From the NCBI GenBank assembly GCA_023132155.1, contig JAGLYP010000002.1, forward strand, positions 6,598 to 70,597: a stretch of DNA of 64,000 nt, read 5' to 3'. The stretch is from Candidatus Parcubacteria bacterium (GTDB lineage: Bacteria; Patescibacteriota; Patescibacteriia; Patescibacteriales; UBA12075). Below are positions 55,038 through 63,047 of this stretch, piece after piece. Both the position numbers and the translations under genes were made by a program. Under the pieces are notes generated by a model. That model was given only the letters and a program-made list of their open reading frames with translations, searched no databases and was not told the origin of the DNA. Each line of letters starts with the position of its first letter. Position 1 is the first letter of the stretch.

Positions 55038-56339
55038 ATGAAAAATTGCAGCTTAATTATAAAAGGAAAATATGTTTTAACAATGGATGACAAAATGTCT
55101 GTTTTTAATGATGGGGTTGTGGCGGTTGATGATGATGAAATAATAGCAATTGGCGAAAAGGAAATTTTAGAAAAGTACAAGAGTGAAAAAATTATTGATG
55201 CGGGAAACAGTATTATTATGCCGGGGCTGATTAATACGCATACGCACGCGGCCATGGCGTATTTTCGCGGGTTAGCTGATGATTTGCCTTTGCCGGTATG
55301 GTTGGAAAAGCATATTTGGCCGGCTGAGGCTAAATATGTTAATAAGAATTTTGTTAAAAAGGCTTCAGCGCTTGCTTGTTTGGAAATGATAAAATCGGGA
55401 GTTACTTGTTTTAATGATATGTATTTTTTTGAACAAGAAACCGCTTCGGTTGCAAGCCGGATCGGAATGCGCGCTTTAATCGGCGAAGTAATATTGGATT
55501 TTCATACGCCAAGCTGTAAAACTCCAAAAGAAGCGCTGAAAAAAACAGAAGAAATGATATTAAAATATAAAGACAGCGAATTAATTTCAGTGGCAGTCGC
55601 GCCTCATTCTATCTATACTTGTTCAGAGGAAAATTTAAGCAAATCGAAAGAATTAGCAGACAAATATTCAATTAATTTGCATATACATATAAGCGAAACT
55701 GAAAAAGAAAATAAAGATTGTTTGAGAGATAATGAAAAAAGTCCGGTTAAATATTTGGATGAGCTGGGAATTTTGAATAATAAAACAATTGCCGCGCACA
55801 GTATTTGGCTTGATGATGAAGATATTGAGATATATAAAAATAGGCAGGTAAAAATAAGCCATTGCCCGATTAGCAATATGAAATTAGCCTCCGGTATTAT
55901 GAATTTTAAAAAAATGCGTGAATCGGGTTTGGTAATCAGTTTGGGAACGGACGGCGCGGCAAGCAATAATACTTTGGATTTATTTTCTGAAATGCGCGCT
56001 TGCGCTTTATTGCATAAAGTAAACAATTTGAATCCGGAAATAGCCTCTGCAACTGAAATCGTAAAAGCCGCGACAATTAACGGCGCCAAGATCTTGGGAA
56101 TGGATGATAAAATCGGTTCGCTTGAAATTGGCAAAAAAGCTGATATAATAACTGTTAATTTGAATAAGCCTCATTTGACCCCGATTTATAATCCATGTTC
56201 GCATTTGGTTTACGCGGTTAATTTAGCGGATGTGGAGAATGTGATTGTTAACGGCAAGCTGATTATGCAAAACAGGGAAGTTTTGGGTTTGGATGAGGAT
56301 AGAATATTAGAAGAGGCATGTAAGTTCAAAAGGAACTAA
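55038..56339 (+). CDS. mtaD: amidohydrolase, 5-methylthioadenosine/S-adenosylhomocysteine deaminase-like
   Basis: MPGLINTHTHAAMAYFRGLADDLPLPVWLEKHIWPAE, HISET, and GTDGAASNN. The last two codons and the stop lie in palindrome P1b. Confidence 0.75.
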   Translation: MKNCSLIIKGKYVLTMDDKMSVFNDGVVAVDDDEIIAIGEKEILEKYKSEKIIDAGNSIIMPGLINTHTHAAMAYFRGLADDLPLPVWLEKHIWPAEAKYVNKNFVKKASALACLEMIKSGVTCFNDMYFFEQETASVASRIGMRALIGEVILDFHTPSCKTPKEALKKTEEMILKYKDSELISVAVAPHSIYTCSEENLSKSKELADKYSINLHIHISETEKENKDCLRDNEKSPVKYLDELGILNNKTIAAHSIWLDDEDIEIYKNRQVKISHCPISNMKLASGIMNFKKMRESGLVISLGTDGAASNNTLDLFSEMRACALLHKVNNLNPEIASATEIVKAATINGAKILGMDDKIGSLEIGKKADIITVNLNKPHLTPIYNPCSHLVYAVNLADVENVIVNGKLIMQNREVLGLDEDRILEEACKFKRN

Positions 56340-56414
56340 GTACCTACGATTTTTTTTGTTAACCTGGATTTTAAAATCCAGGTTAACAAAAAAAATCGTA
56401 GGTACTTAGTTCCT
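56331..56414. repeat. perfect 84-bp palindrome, family P1 (copy b)
   Basis: AGGAACTAAGTACCTACGATTTTTTTTGTTAACCTGGATTTT | AAAATCCAGGTTAACAAAAAAAATCGTAGGTACTTAGTTCCT. Fills the whole mtaD-murC spacer, ending 2 nt before the murC ATG. Confidence 0.95.
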
Positions 56415-56416
56415 TC

Positions 56417-57874
56417 ATGCAATATATTATGGATTTAGAAAATATTAAAAAAATATACATGATAGGCATTAAGGGCGTGGGCATGACTATGCTCGCTCAG
56501 TTTTTGGCTTCAAAAGGATATAATGTAAGTGGCTCCGACGTGGATGAGGTTTTTATGACTGATGAAGTTTTGAAGACGGCCGGAATAAAATTTTATAATG
56601 GCTTTAATAAGAATAATGTTCCATTAGACACTGATTTAGTAATATATTCAACCGCCCATGAAAAAAACAATAAAGAGCTTGAATTTGTAAAAAGCCGCAA
56701 TAAAAAAATAATGACTTACGCCGAAGCGCTTGGCGTAGTTTTTAAAGATTATTATGGCATAGCGGTTTGCGGATCGCACGGCAAGACAACCACGACTGCT
56801 TGGCTAGCTTATGTTTTAAAAAAGGCTAATCGCGAGCCGAACGCAATGATTGGCGCCAGAGTGGAGCAGCTTGACGGAGCAAGTATTATCGGCAGTTCCC
56901 AATATTTAATAATTGAAGCTGATGAATATCAGAATAAATTAAAATATTTGGAATCGCGCGCGGTTTTGTTGAATAATATTGATTATGACCATCCGGATTT
57001 TTTTCCTACTGAGGATGATTATAATCAAGTTTTTATTGAGTTTATTAAAAAGATTCCGAAAAAGGGCTGGGTGGTTGCCAATTTTGATGATCCAATAATT
57101 AGAAAAATCGCTCTGGTAAACACGCGAGCGAAAGTTATCAGCTATGCGATAAACGAGTCGGCTGATTATGTGGCTTATGATATTAAGCAATTAAATGACA
57201 AACAATATTTTAAAGTAAAAATCGGACCAAGCGTTTTTGAAGAAAATGATTTATTAGCGGATACGGAACTTGGGAATTTTTCAATTCAATTGATTGGCGA
57301 GCATAATATCTATAATGCTCTGGCGGTAATCGCGGCGTCAATTGAATTGGGGGTTGACTTGGTGGATATCAGGACTTATTTAGATGAATTCAAGGGAACG
57401 TCCAGGCGCATGGAAATGATGGGAAAATTTAACGGCGCTGTTATTCTTGACGACTATGCGCATCATCCGACAGAAATTAAAACCACTTTAAAAGGCGCGC
57501 GGCAAAAGTATGGCAATAAAAAAATCCGCGTTGTTTTTCATCCGCATACTTTTACTCGCACAAAAGCCTTGTTTGATAATTTTGCTAAAAGTTTTGACGA
57601 TGCCGATGAAGTGGTTGTTTTGGATATTTACGGGAGCGCTCGCGAGGAGCATGGCGGAGTGCATAGTAGGGATTTGGTTGAAAAAATAAAATCACAAATC
57701 CCCACTTCACTAAAGCTACGCGGGGCAAGCACAAATCAAAAATTAAAAATTCATCATATTCCAACATTAGACAAATGTGAAAAATATTTGCGCGGTACAA
57801 TTCAGCGTGATGAAGTTATTATTTTAATGGGCGCGGGGGATGTGTTTCGGATCGGGGAAAAATTGGTAAAATAA
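56417..57874 (+). CDS. murC: UDP-N-acetylmuramate--L-alanine ligase
   Basis: IGIKGVGMTMLA, GSHGKTTTT, DDYAHHP and GAGDV. Confidence 0.9.
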   Translation: MQYIMDLENIKKIYMIGIKGVGMTMLAQFLASKGYNVSGSDVDEVFMTDEVLKTAGIKFYNGFNKNNVPLDTDLVIYSTAHEKNNKELEFVKSRNKKIMTYAEALGVVFKDYYGIAVCGSHGKTTTTAWLAYVLKKANREPNAMIGARVEQLDGASIIGSSQYLIIEADEYQNKLKYLESRAVLLNNIDYDHPDFFPTEDDYNQVFIEFIKKIPKKGWVVANFDDPIIRKIALVNTRAKVISYAINESADYVAYDIKQLNDKQYFKVKIGPSVFEENDLLADTELGNFSIQLIGEHNIYNALAVIAASIELGVDLVDIRTYLDEFKGTSRRMEMMGKFNGAVILDDYAHHPTEIKTTLKGARQKYGNKKIRVVFHPHTFTRTKALFDNFAKSFDDADEVVVLDIYGSAREEHGGVHSRDLVEKIKSQIPTSLKLRGASTNQKLKIHHIPTLDKCEKYLRGTIQRDEVIILMGAGDVFRIGEKLVK

Positions 57875-57885
57875 AATGGAAATAC

Positions 57886-59214
57886 ATGACATACCATATA
57901 ATCACAATCGGTTGCCAGATGAATAAGAGCGATTCGGAGCGGATTGCCGCTTGTTTGGAGGATATGGGTTATCGCGAGTCTGAAAATAGGAATCAGGCTG
58001 ATTTGGTAGTACTTACGACTTGCGGTGTTCGGCAATCAGCTGAAGATCGGATTTATGGTTTGGTTCCGAAAATTAAAAAAGAAAATAAGGACGTAAAAAT
58101 ATTGCTAACCGGATGTTTATCTGAACGGAAAGATGTTATTAAAAGATTAAAAGAAAAAATTGATATTTGGCTGCCGGTAAATCAAATTTCAAATTTAAAA
58201 CAAGTATTAATTGATTCAGGTTTTAAGAATTCAGAAATTGAAGCTTGCGATTATTTGAAAATAAAACCGAAATATACTTCAAAATTTAGCGCGTTTGTGC
58301 CGATTGGCAATGGCTGTGATAATTTTTGCGCTTATTGCGTTGTGCCTTACGCGCGCGGACGCGAAGTTTATCGGGATGTGGAAGAGATTTTGAATGAAGT
58401 GGAAAGTTTGATTAAAAAAGGATATAAAGAAATAATTTTGATTGCGCAGAATGTAAATAGCTATTATTCTGAAATTACAAATTACAAATTACAAATTACA
58501 AATAAATCACAAATATTAAATTCAAAATATTTAAGATTTTTTGATTTACTAAAACTGGTAAACAGTATCCCCGGGGATTTTTGGGTGCGGTTTGCGAGCA
58601 GTCATCCGAAAGATATGAGTGATGATTTGATTTTGGCGATTTTAGAATGTGAAAAAGTTTGTAAGCACATCCATTTGCCGGCGCAGTCAGGGGATAACGG
58701 AGTTTTAAAGTCTATGAATAGGAAATATAAAATTGAGCATTATTTGGATTTGATTAGAAAAATTAAAGATAACACAAAAAGCAAATTGCCGGTAGCGCTT
58801 ACCACTGATATTATTGTCGGTTTTCCCGGTGAGACAGAAGAACAGTTTGGCAATACTATAAAATTATTTGAAAAAGTAAAATATGACATGGCCTACATCG
58901 CGCGGTATAGTCCGCGTTACGGAACAGCTGCGGAAAAGATAAAGGATAATGTTGGGGCGGATGAGAAAAAAAGAAGGGAAGGAGAGTTAATGAAAGTATT
59001 AAGAAAAACCGCGCTGAAAAATAATCAAAAATATTCAGGCAGAACGGTTAAAGTTTTGGCTGAAGGCAAAAATAAGAAAGGAATTTTGTTTGGAAAAACC
59101 GAAACAAATAAAACCGTTAAATTTTGGGGGGATAAAAATTTTGTTGGAAAATTTGTGAGTGTTAATATAACAGCAGTGGAAGATTTTAGTTTGAGCGGTG
59201 ATTTACAAAAATAA
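57886..59214 (+). CDS. miaB: tRNA-2-methylthio-N6-dimethylallyladenosine synthase (MTTase family)
   Basis: IGCQMNKSDSE (UPF0004 Cys). Radical SAM motif GCDNFCAYCVVP. C-terminal TRAM domain. Confidence 0.85.
   Translation: MTYHIITIGCQMNKSDSERIAACLEDMGYRESENRNQADLVVLTTCGVRQSAEDRIYGLVPKIKKENKDVKILLTGCLSERKDVIKRLKEKIDIWLPVNQISNLKQVLIDSGFKNSEIEACDYLKIKPKYTSKFSAFVPIGNGCDNFCAYCVVPYARGREVYRDVEEILNEVESLIKKGYKEIILIAQNVNSYYSEITNYKLQITNKSQILNSKYLRFFDLLKLVNSIPGDFWVRFASSHPKDMSDDLILAILECEKVCKHIHLPAQSGDNGVLKSMNRKYKIEHYLDLIRKIKDNTKSKLPVALTTDIIVGFPGETEEQFGNTIKLFEKVKYDMAYIARYSPRYGTAAEKIKDNVGADEKKRREGELMKVLRKTALKNNQKYSGRTVKVLAEGKNKKGILFGKTETNKTVKFWGDKNFVGKFVSVNITAVEDFSLSGDLQK
58472..58499 (+). repeat. (AAATTAC)x4 heptanucleotide tandem repeat inside miaB
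   Basis: Read directly. Encodes part of EITNYKLQITNK within an apparent insertion relative to MiaB as I recall it. Confidence 0.9.
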
Positions 59215-59215
59215 A

Positions 59216-59245
59216 ACCCCCGCCAATAAAAAACTGAACGGGGGG
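59216..59245. terminator. convergent-gene hairpin
   Basis: CCCCCG ... CGGGGGG between miaB (+) and the 59251 gene (-). Confidence 0.5.
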
Positions 59246-59250
59246 CTCTG

Positions 59251-60030
59251 TTAAGCGTATAATATTGTATAAGGACAGTTGCCGGTAGTGGCAGTCAAGA
59301 GAACATCATGTTCTTGCAATTTACAAAATATCAAATTTCTTTCCATTTCCTGTCGGCGGTGAGAAAAAAGAATGTTTCTATCATCACCGTTATTGGTGAA
59401 ATTCCCAAAAGTATTATGATGGGAACAAATGTTAAGTAATTTGATATTGTCCGCGGCAATTCCGGATTCCATAAGTTTATAGCCAATTAATCCGGCTAGG
59501 TTAAATTGATATTTTTTCGGTTTTCCATTTTTCTTGAAAAATTTTTGATAGCCATGGTTTTGGCTGAAAGCGCCAAATACATCAAGGCCTACTTCGTAAC
59601 AATCTTGGCATATTCCAGAATAGATAAGTGCTTTTAGATTTTCAATTTTTTTATCTAGTGCCAATTTTACATAAGGCATAGTCCATTCTATTATCATATC
59701 AGCCAATGTAATGTGGCTGCAATGGATTATGCCAATATGATTTTCCGGCATTTTTTTGTCTTGATATAGCAGCGCGTCGCGTTCAAAACTTAAAAATTCA
59801 TCATTAGCCTCGTTAATAAGCGACATGGCAGAATCATGGCGCGGAATTATGTGCAGGCAAGAGCTGGCCCAAGCTTCTTTTGCTAAATTTTTAATTTTTT
59901 TTTGGTTTTTTTCAGTGTTGCCATTTTTTGAGCTGAAGTCGCCAAATTGAGTAGTGGTTAAACCAAAAAAAATGTTTTCATCCGAGAAAGTTATAGCTTT
60001 ACCGTCTTGTGAAAGAACACAATTTTTCAT
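59251..60030 (-). CDS. YfiH/PgeF-like (DUF152, laccase-domain) protein, divergent
   Basis: Family-like spacing of DALLY..., IYSGICQDCYEVG, NLAGL...L.ESG, C(S)HH and LFSHRR. Several canonical residues are not obvious. Confidence 0.4.
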   Translation of the reverse strand: MKNCVLSQDGKAITFSDENIFFGLTTTQFGDFSSKNGNTEKNQKKIKNLAKEAWASSCLHIIPRHDSAMSLINEANDEFLSFERDALLYQDKKMPENHIGIIHCSHITLADMIIEWTMPYVKLALDKKIENLKALIYSGICQDCYEVGLDVFGAFSQNHGYQKFFKKNGKPKKYQFNLAGLIGYKLMESGIAADNIKLLNICSHHNTFGNFTNNGDDRNILFSHRRQEMERNLIFCKLQEHDVLLTATTGNCPYTILYA

Positions 60031-60121
60031 TTATTCCCCCTCCTGTTTTTTATTGTTGTTTATGAAAAATGTTTAATTTTATTTTTTTATGTTAACATAA
60101 AATTATTAATAATTCAAGTAT

Positions 60122-61111
60122 ATGAAAAAAAAGAAAAAAGTGGTGGTGATTGTCGGAACTACTGCCAGCGGTAAGACCGCGTTAGCCGTGGATTTAGCCT
60201 ATAAATTCGGCGGAGAAGTGATTTCAGCCGATTCCCGGCAGGTTTATAAATATATGGATATTGGTACAGGTAAAGATTTGCAAGAATATATTTTAGAATT
60301 TCCAATTTCCAATTTCCAATTTCCAATTTTAAAATTTAAAAATAAAATTAAGATTAAAATTCCACATCATTTGTTAGATGTTGTTTCGCCAAATACAAGT
60401 TTTGATTTGGTGAAATGGTTAAAAAAGGCAAAAATTTCTATAAATGATATTTTAGATAGGGGGCGATTACCGATTGTTGCCGGCGGTACAGGCCTTTACG
60501 CGCAGGCTCTGGTGGATAATTATAATTTAAGTAAATATGGAGAAGACAAAAAATTACGGGAAAAATTGGAGAAGAAAGAAAAGACAGAATTATTTAAAAT
60601 ATTATTAAAATTAGATGAAAAATTTGCAAAAAAGCTTAATAATAGCGAAAAAAACAATAAACGAAGATTAATTCGATATATAGAAATATGCAGGCAGGGA
60701 GAGAAAATTAAAAATAAAAACTTAAATAAAAACAATGAATATGAATTTTTGCTTATTGGCATTACTTGGCCGCGGGAGATTCTTAGAAAGAAAATATACA
60801 AAAGATTAATAGAGCGTTTAGAAAAAGAAGATATGATCGGGGAGGTTATTCGGCTGCATAAAGATAAAAAAGTAAGCTGGAAACGGCTTGAATCTTTTGG
60901 CTTGGAGTATAGATTTATTTCCCAGTATTTGCGAAAAAAACTAAGTTACGATGAAATGGTGGAGAAATTAAATATTGCTATCGGCCAGTTTGCCAAAAAG
61001 CAGATTACTTGGCTGCGGCGATGGGAAAAGCAAGGCGCTAAAATTTATTGGGTTAAAAAAAGACAAGAAGCTGAAAAATTATGTAAAAATTTTTTGCGCA
61101 TTGACAATTAA
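60122..61111 (+). CDS. miaA: tRNA dimethylallyltransferase
   Basis: VVIVGTTASGKTALAVDLA, ISADSRQVYKYMDIGTGK, PHHLLD and GGTGLY. Confidence 0.9.
   Translation: MKKKKKVVVIVGTTASGKTALAVDLAYKFGGEVISADSRQVYKYMDIGTGKDLQEYILEFPISNFQFPILKFKNKIKIKIPHHLLDVVSPNTSFDLVKWLKKAKISINDILDRGRLPIVAGGTGLYAQALVDNYNLSKYGEDKKLREKLEKKEKTELFKILLKLDEKFAKKLNNSEKNNKRRLIRYIEICRQGEKIKNKNLNKNNEYEFLLIGITWPREILRKKIYKRLIERLEKEDMIGEVIRLHKDKKVSWKRLESFGLEYRFISQYLRKKLSYDEMVEKLNIAIGQFAKKQITWLRRWEKQGAKIYWVKKRQEAEKLCKNFLRIDN
60297..60324 (+). repeat. (AATTTCC)x4 heptanucleotide tandem repeat inside miaA
   Basis: Read directly. Encodes EFPISNFQFPI within an insert of about 20 aa between the GTGK and PHHL motifs. Confidence 0.9.
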
Positions 61112-61155
61112 ATAATAATATGCTAATTTATTCTATTGTAAGATAAGCATATTTT

Positions 61156-62013
61156 ATGAATATTCAAGAGTATATAAATGTCTTAAAACAAAAAAAGCAG
61201 ACTGTTTTTTCGGCTGTGGCTTTGTTTTTGGCCTTTGCCGTAATTTTGACTGTAATCCAGCCCTTTAAATACGGTTCAGAAGCGAAAATATTAGTAGTGC
61301 AAAAAACCCAATACGGCATAGACCCTTATCAGGTTAATAAGGCCAATGAATATGTGAGCGATGTTTTAGCTGATGTGATAAGCACTAATTCTTTTTTTAA
61401 TGAAGTAATTAATTCCGGTTTTGATGTTAATCGCAATTATTTTCCAGCCAGATTGGAGGATCAAAATAAAAAATGGAAAAAAACAGTAAAGGCAAATTCC
61501 AGCAGTCGCGGTATTATAACTTTGTCTGTTTTTCATGAAGACAAATATCAAGCCGATCAGATAATCCGGGCGATAAATGCCGCGCTTAAAGACAAGCATA
61601 CGCTTTATCATGGTTCAGGCGATCAGGTGGAAATAAGAATAATTGGCCAGCCTTTTACTTCGGAATCGCCGGTTAAACCGAATATTGTTTTAAATTTATT
61701 ATTTGGCGTTTTGTTCGGACTGTTGTTTGCCTTGACTTACGCTTATTTGTTTCCAGAAGATAAATATAATTTGCGTTTGTGGCCGAGAAAAAAAATCAGA
61801 CAAAGACATGACGAAGCGCAAGAAATGGATCTTGGCAGAGGCGTAAATAAGAGCGAGAATTATGACGTGGAAGAAGCGATTAGAAAATTGCGCCAAAGAG
61901 AGAAAATGCAAGCTTTTGTTCCGCAGCAGAATGAAAATGAAAACTATAAAAATAACGATGATTTGGATTATGACGATATATCAGGGCAGGGGGATATGAA
62001 GAATATTCTGTAG
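61156..62013 (+). CDS. Wzz-like polysaccharide chain-length determinant domain protein
   Basis: N-terminal TM helix after IQEYINVLKQKK, a periplasmic domain, a second TM helix (LLFGVLFGLLFALTYAYLF), and an acidic tail. Confidence 0.5.
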   Translation: MNIQEYINVLKQKKQTVFSAVALFLAFAVILTVIQPFKYGSEAKILVVQKTQYGIDPYQVNKANEYVSDVLADVISTNSFFNEVINSGFDVNRNYFPARLEDQNKKWKKTVKANSSSRGIITLSVFHEDKYQADQIIRAINAALKDKHTLYHGSGDQVEIRIIGQPFTSESPVKPNIVLNLLFGVLFGLLFALTYAYLFPEDKYNLRLWPRKKIRQRHDEAQEMDLGRGVNKSENYDVEEAIRKLRQREKMQAFVPQQNENENYKNNDDLDYDDISGQGDMKNIL

Positions 62014-62328
62014 AGTCTTAATGCGGTTTTCAATTTTTTGTGTTTCGTGTTAGATTTGAATAAAGTTAAAATATCTAATATTAGCTAAAATATTTCTAAG
62101 GCAAAACCCATTGACAAAAATAATTTTTTAGTGTAAGTTGTTATGTTATAATTGGTTAATAAATATTTTGTCCTTTAAATAAAAAACAGGGAGGTAACTC
62201 CAATTCATCTCCCTAAATTTTTTAGAGCTTTTAAAAAGTTTTGAAGGGAGGTGGTAATTTCAATTGTCAATTAAGGAATTAAAAATTACGAATTAATTTT
62301 TTTTAACCACAAAAATGGAGGAGTTATC

Positions 62329-62706
62329 ATGAAGAAAATTTTTTACGGAGTTTTTATTGCAATTTTTTGCGCACTGTTTATCGTCCCGGCCATGGCAGCG
62401 GATGTACTTGTCCCAACGGCATCTGGCAATGATGTAATTGTGCCGCATACTCTTATTGAGACGATTGATGGTTGGGAGGAAGGCGAGGTACAATGTGCTT
62501 TCCATGACCTGGTTGGTGCAAAATCCCGAGTACCTATGAATAGGCGGGGTAATAACTGGATCATCATAGGTGGCCATGGAGCCGACATCCATCCTGTCGT
62601 CGTGATAGACGGCAAGGATAATTGGACCAAGCTGGAAAATCTTTGGTCCATGACTTCGGACTTCGTCAAATATCGGGATGCTGGTCCTTGTATTCATGTT
62701 GATTGA
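62329..62706 (+). CDS. small secreted hypothetical protein
   Basis: GGAGG RBS and a signal peptide ending AMAAD. G+C-enriched relative to the flanks. Confidence 0.45.
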   Translation: MKKIFYGVFIAIFCALFIVPAMAADVLVPTASGNDVIVPHTLIETIDGWEEGEVQCAFHDLVGAKSRVPMNRRGNNWIIIGGHGADIHPVVVIDGKDNWTKLENLWSMTSDFVKYRDAGPCIHVD

Positions 62707-62740
62707 TCTCTTTTGCCCGGCCCGACAACGGCCGCTTCAA

Positions 62741-62781
62741 GGGGTATTTCGCTTGTATTTTAAGCGAAATACCCTTTTTTA
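62741..62781 (+). terminator. rho-independent terminator
   Basis: GGGTATTTCGCTT gtatttt AAGCGAAATACCC followed by TTTTTT. Confidence 0.8.
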
Positions 62782-62850
62782 TTTTTCCTGATTTCAATAA
62801 AATATTTAATTTTGCTATAATAAATCGTAAGAGCCTTTTCATTTCTTCAT

Positions 62851-63000
62851 GTCATTCCATGGGCGCGGAGCGCAACCTGGAATCCAGGAGGGCGAGAAAT
62901 AAATAAACAATAACAAATAAGTATAGTACGTGCATCTTACCCCTGGATCCCGGATATTTTTTCTTGTCGCTTAAGTTCCAAGAAAAAATTCCAGGATGAC
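62851..63000. mobile_element. miniature (ORF-less) copy of the hairpin-armed element (copy C)
   Basis: Left arm GTCATTCCATGGGCGCGGAGCGCAACCTGGAATCCAGG (62851-62888). The right arm (62942-63000) is 53/59 identical to copy A's right arm, and all differences fall in the hairpin loop. Confidence 0.7.
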
Positions 63001-63047
63001 AAAAGAGAGGGATGGCGTTGTGCGAATTGTAGTCTAATTATTTTTTT

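Noticed and set aside
57690-57760. Possible in-frame REP-like insertion in murC (IPTSLKLRGASTNQ, encoded by CCCCACTTCACTAAAGCTACGCGGGG).
   Set aside because: The hairpin is weak (5 of 6 bp). I also cannot tell without an alignment whether MurC orthologues have a loop of this length here.
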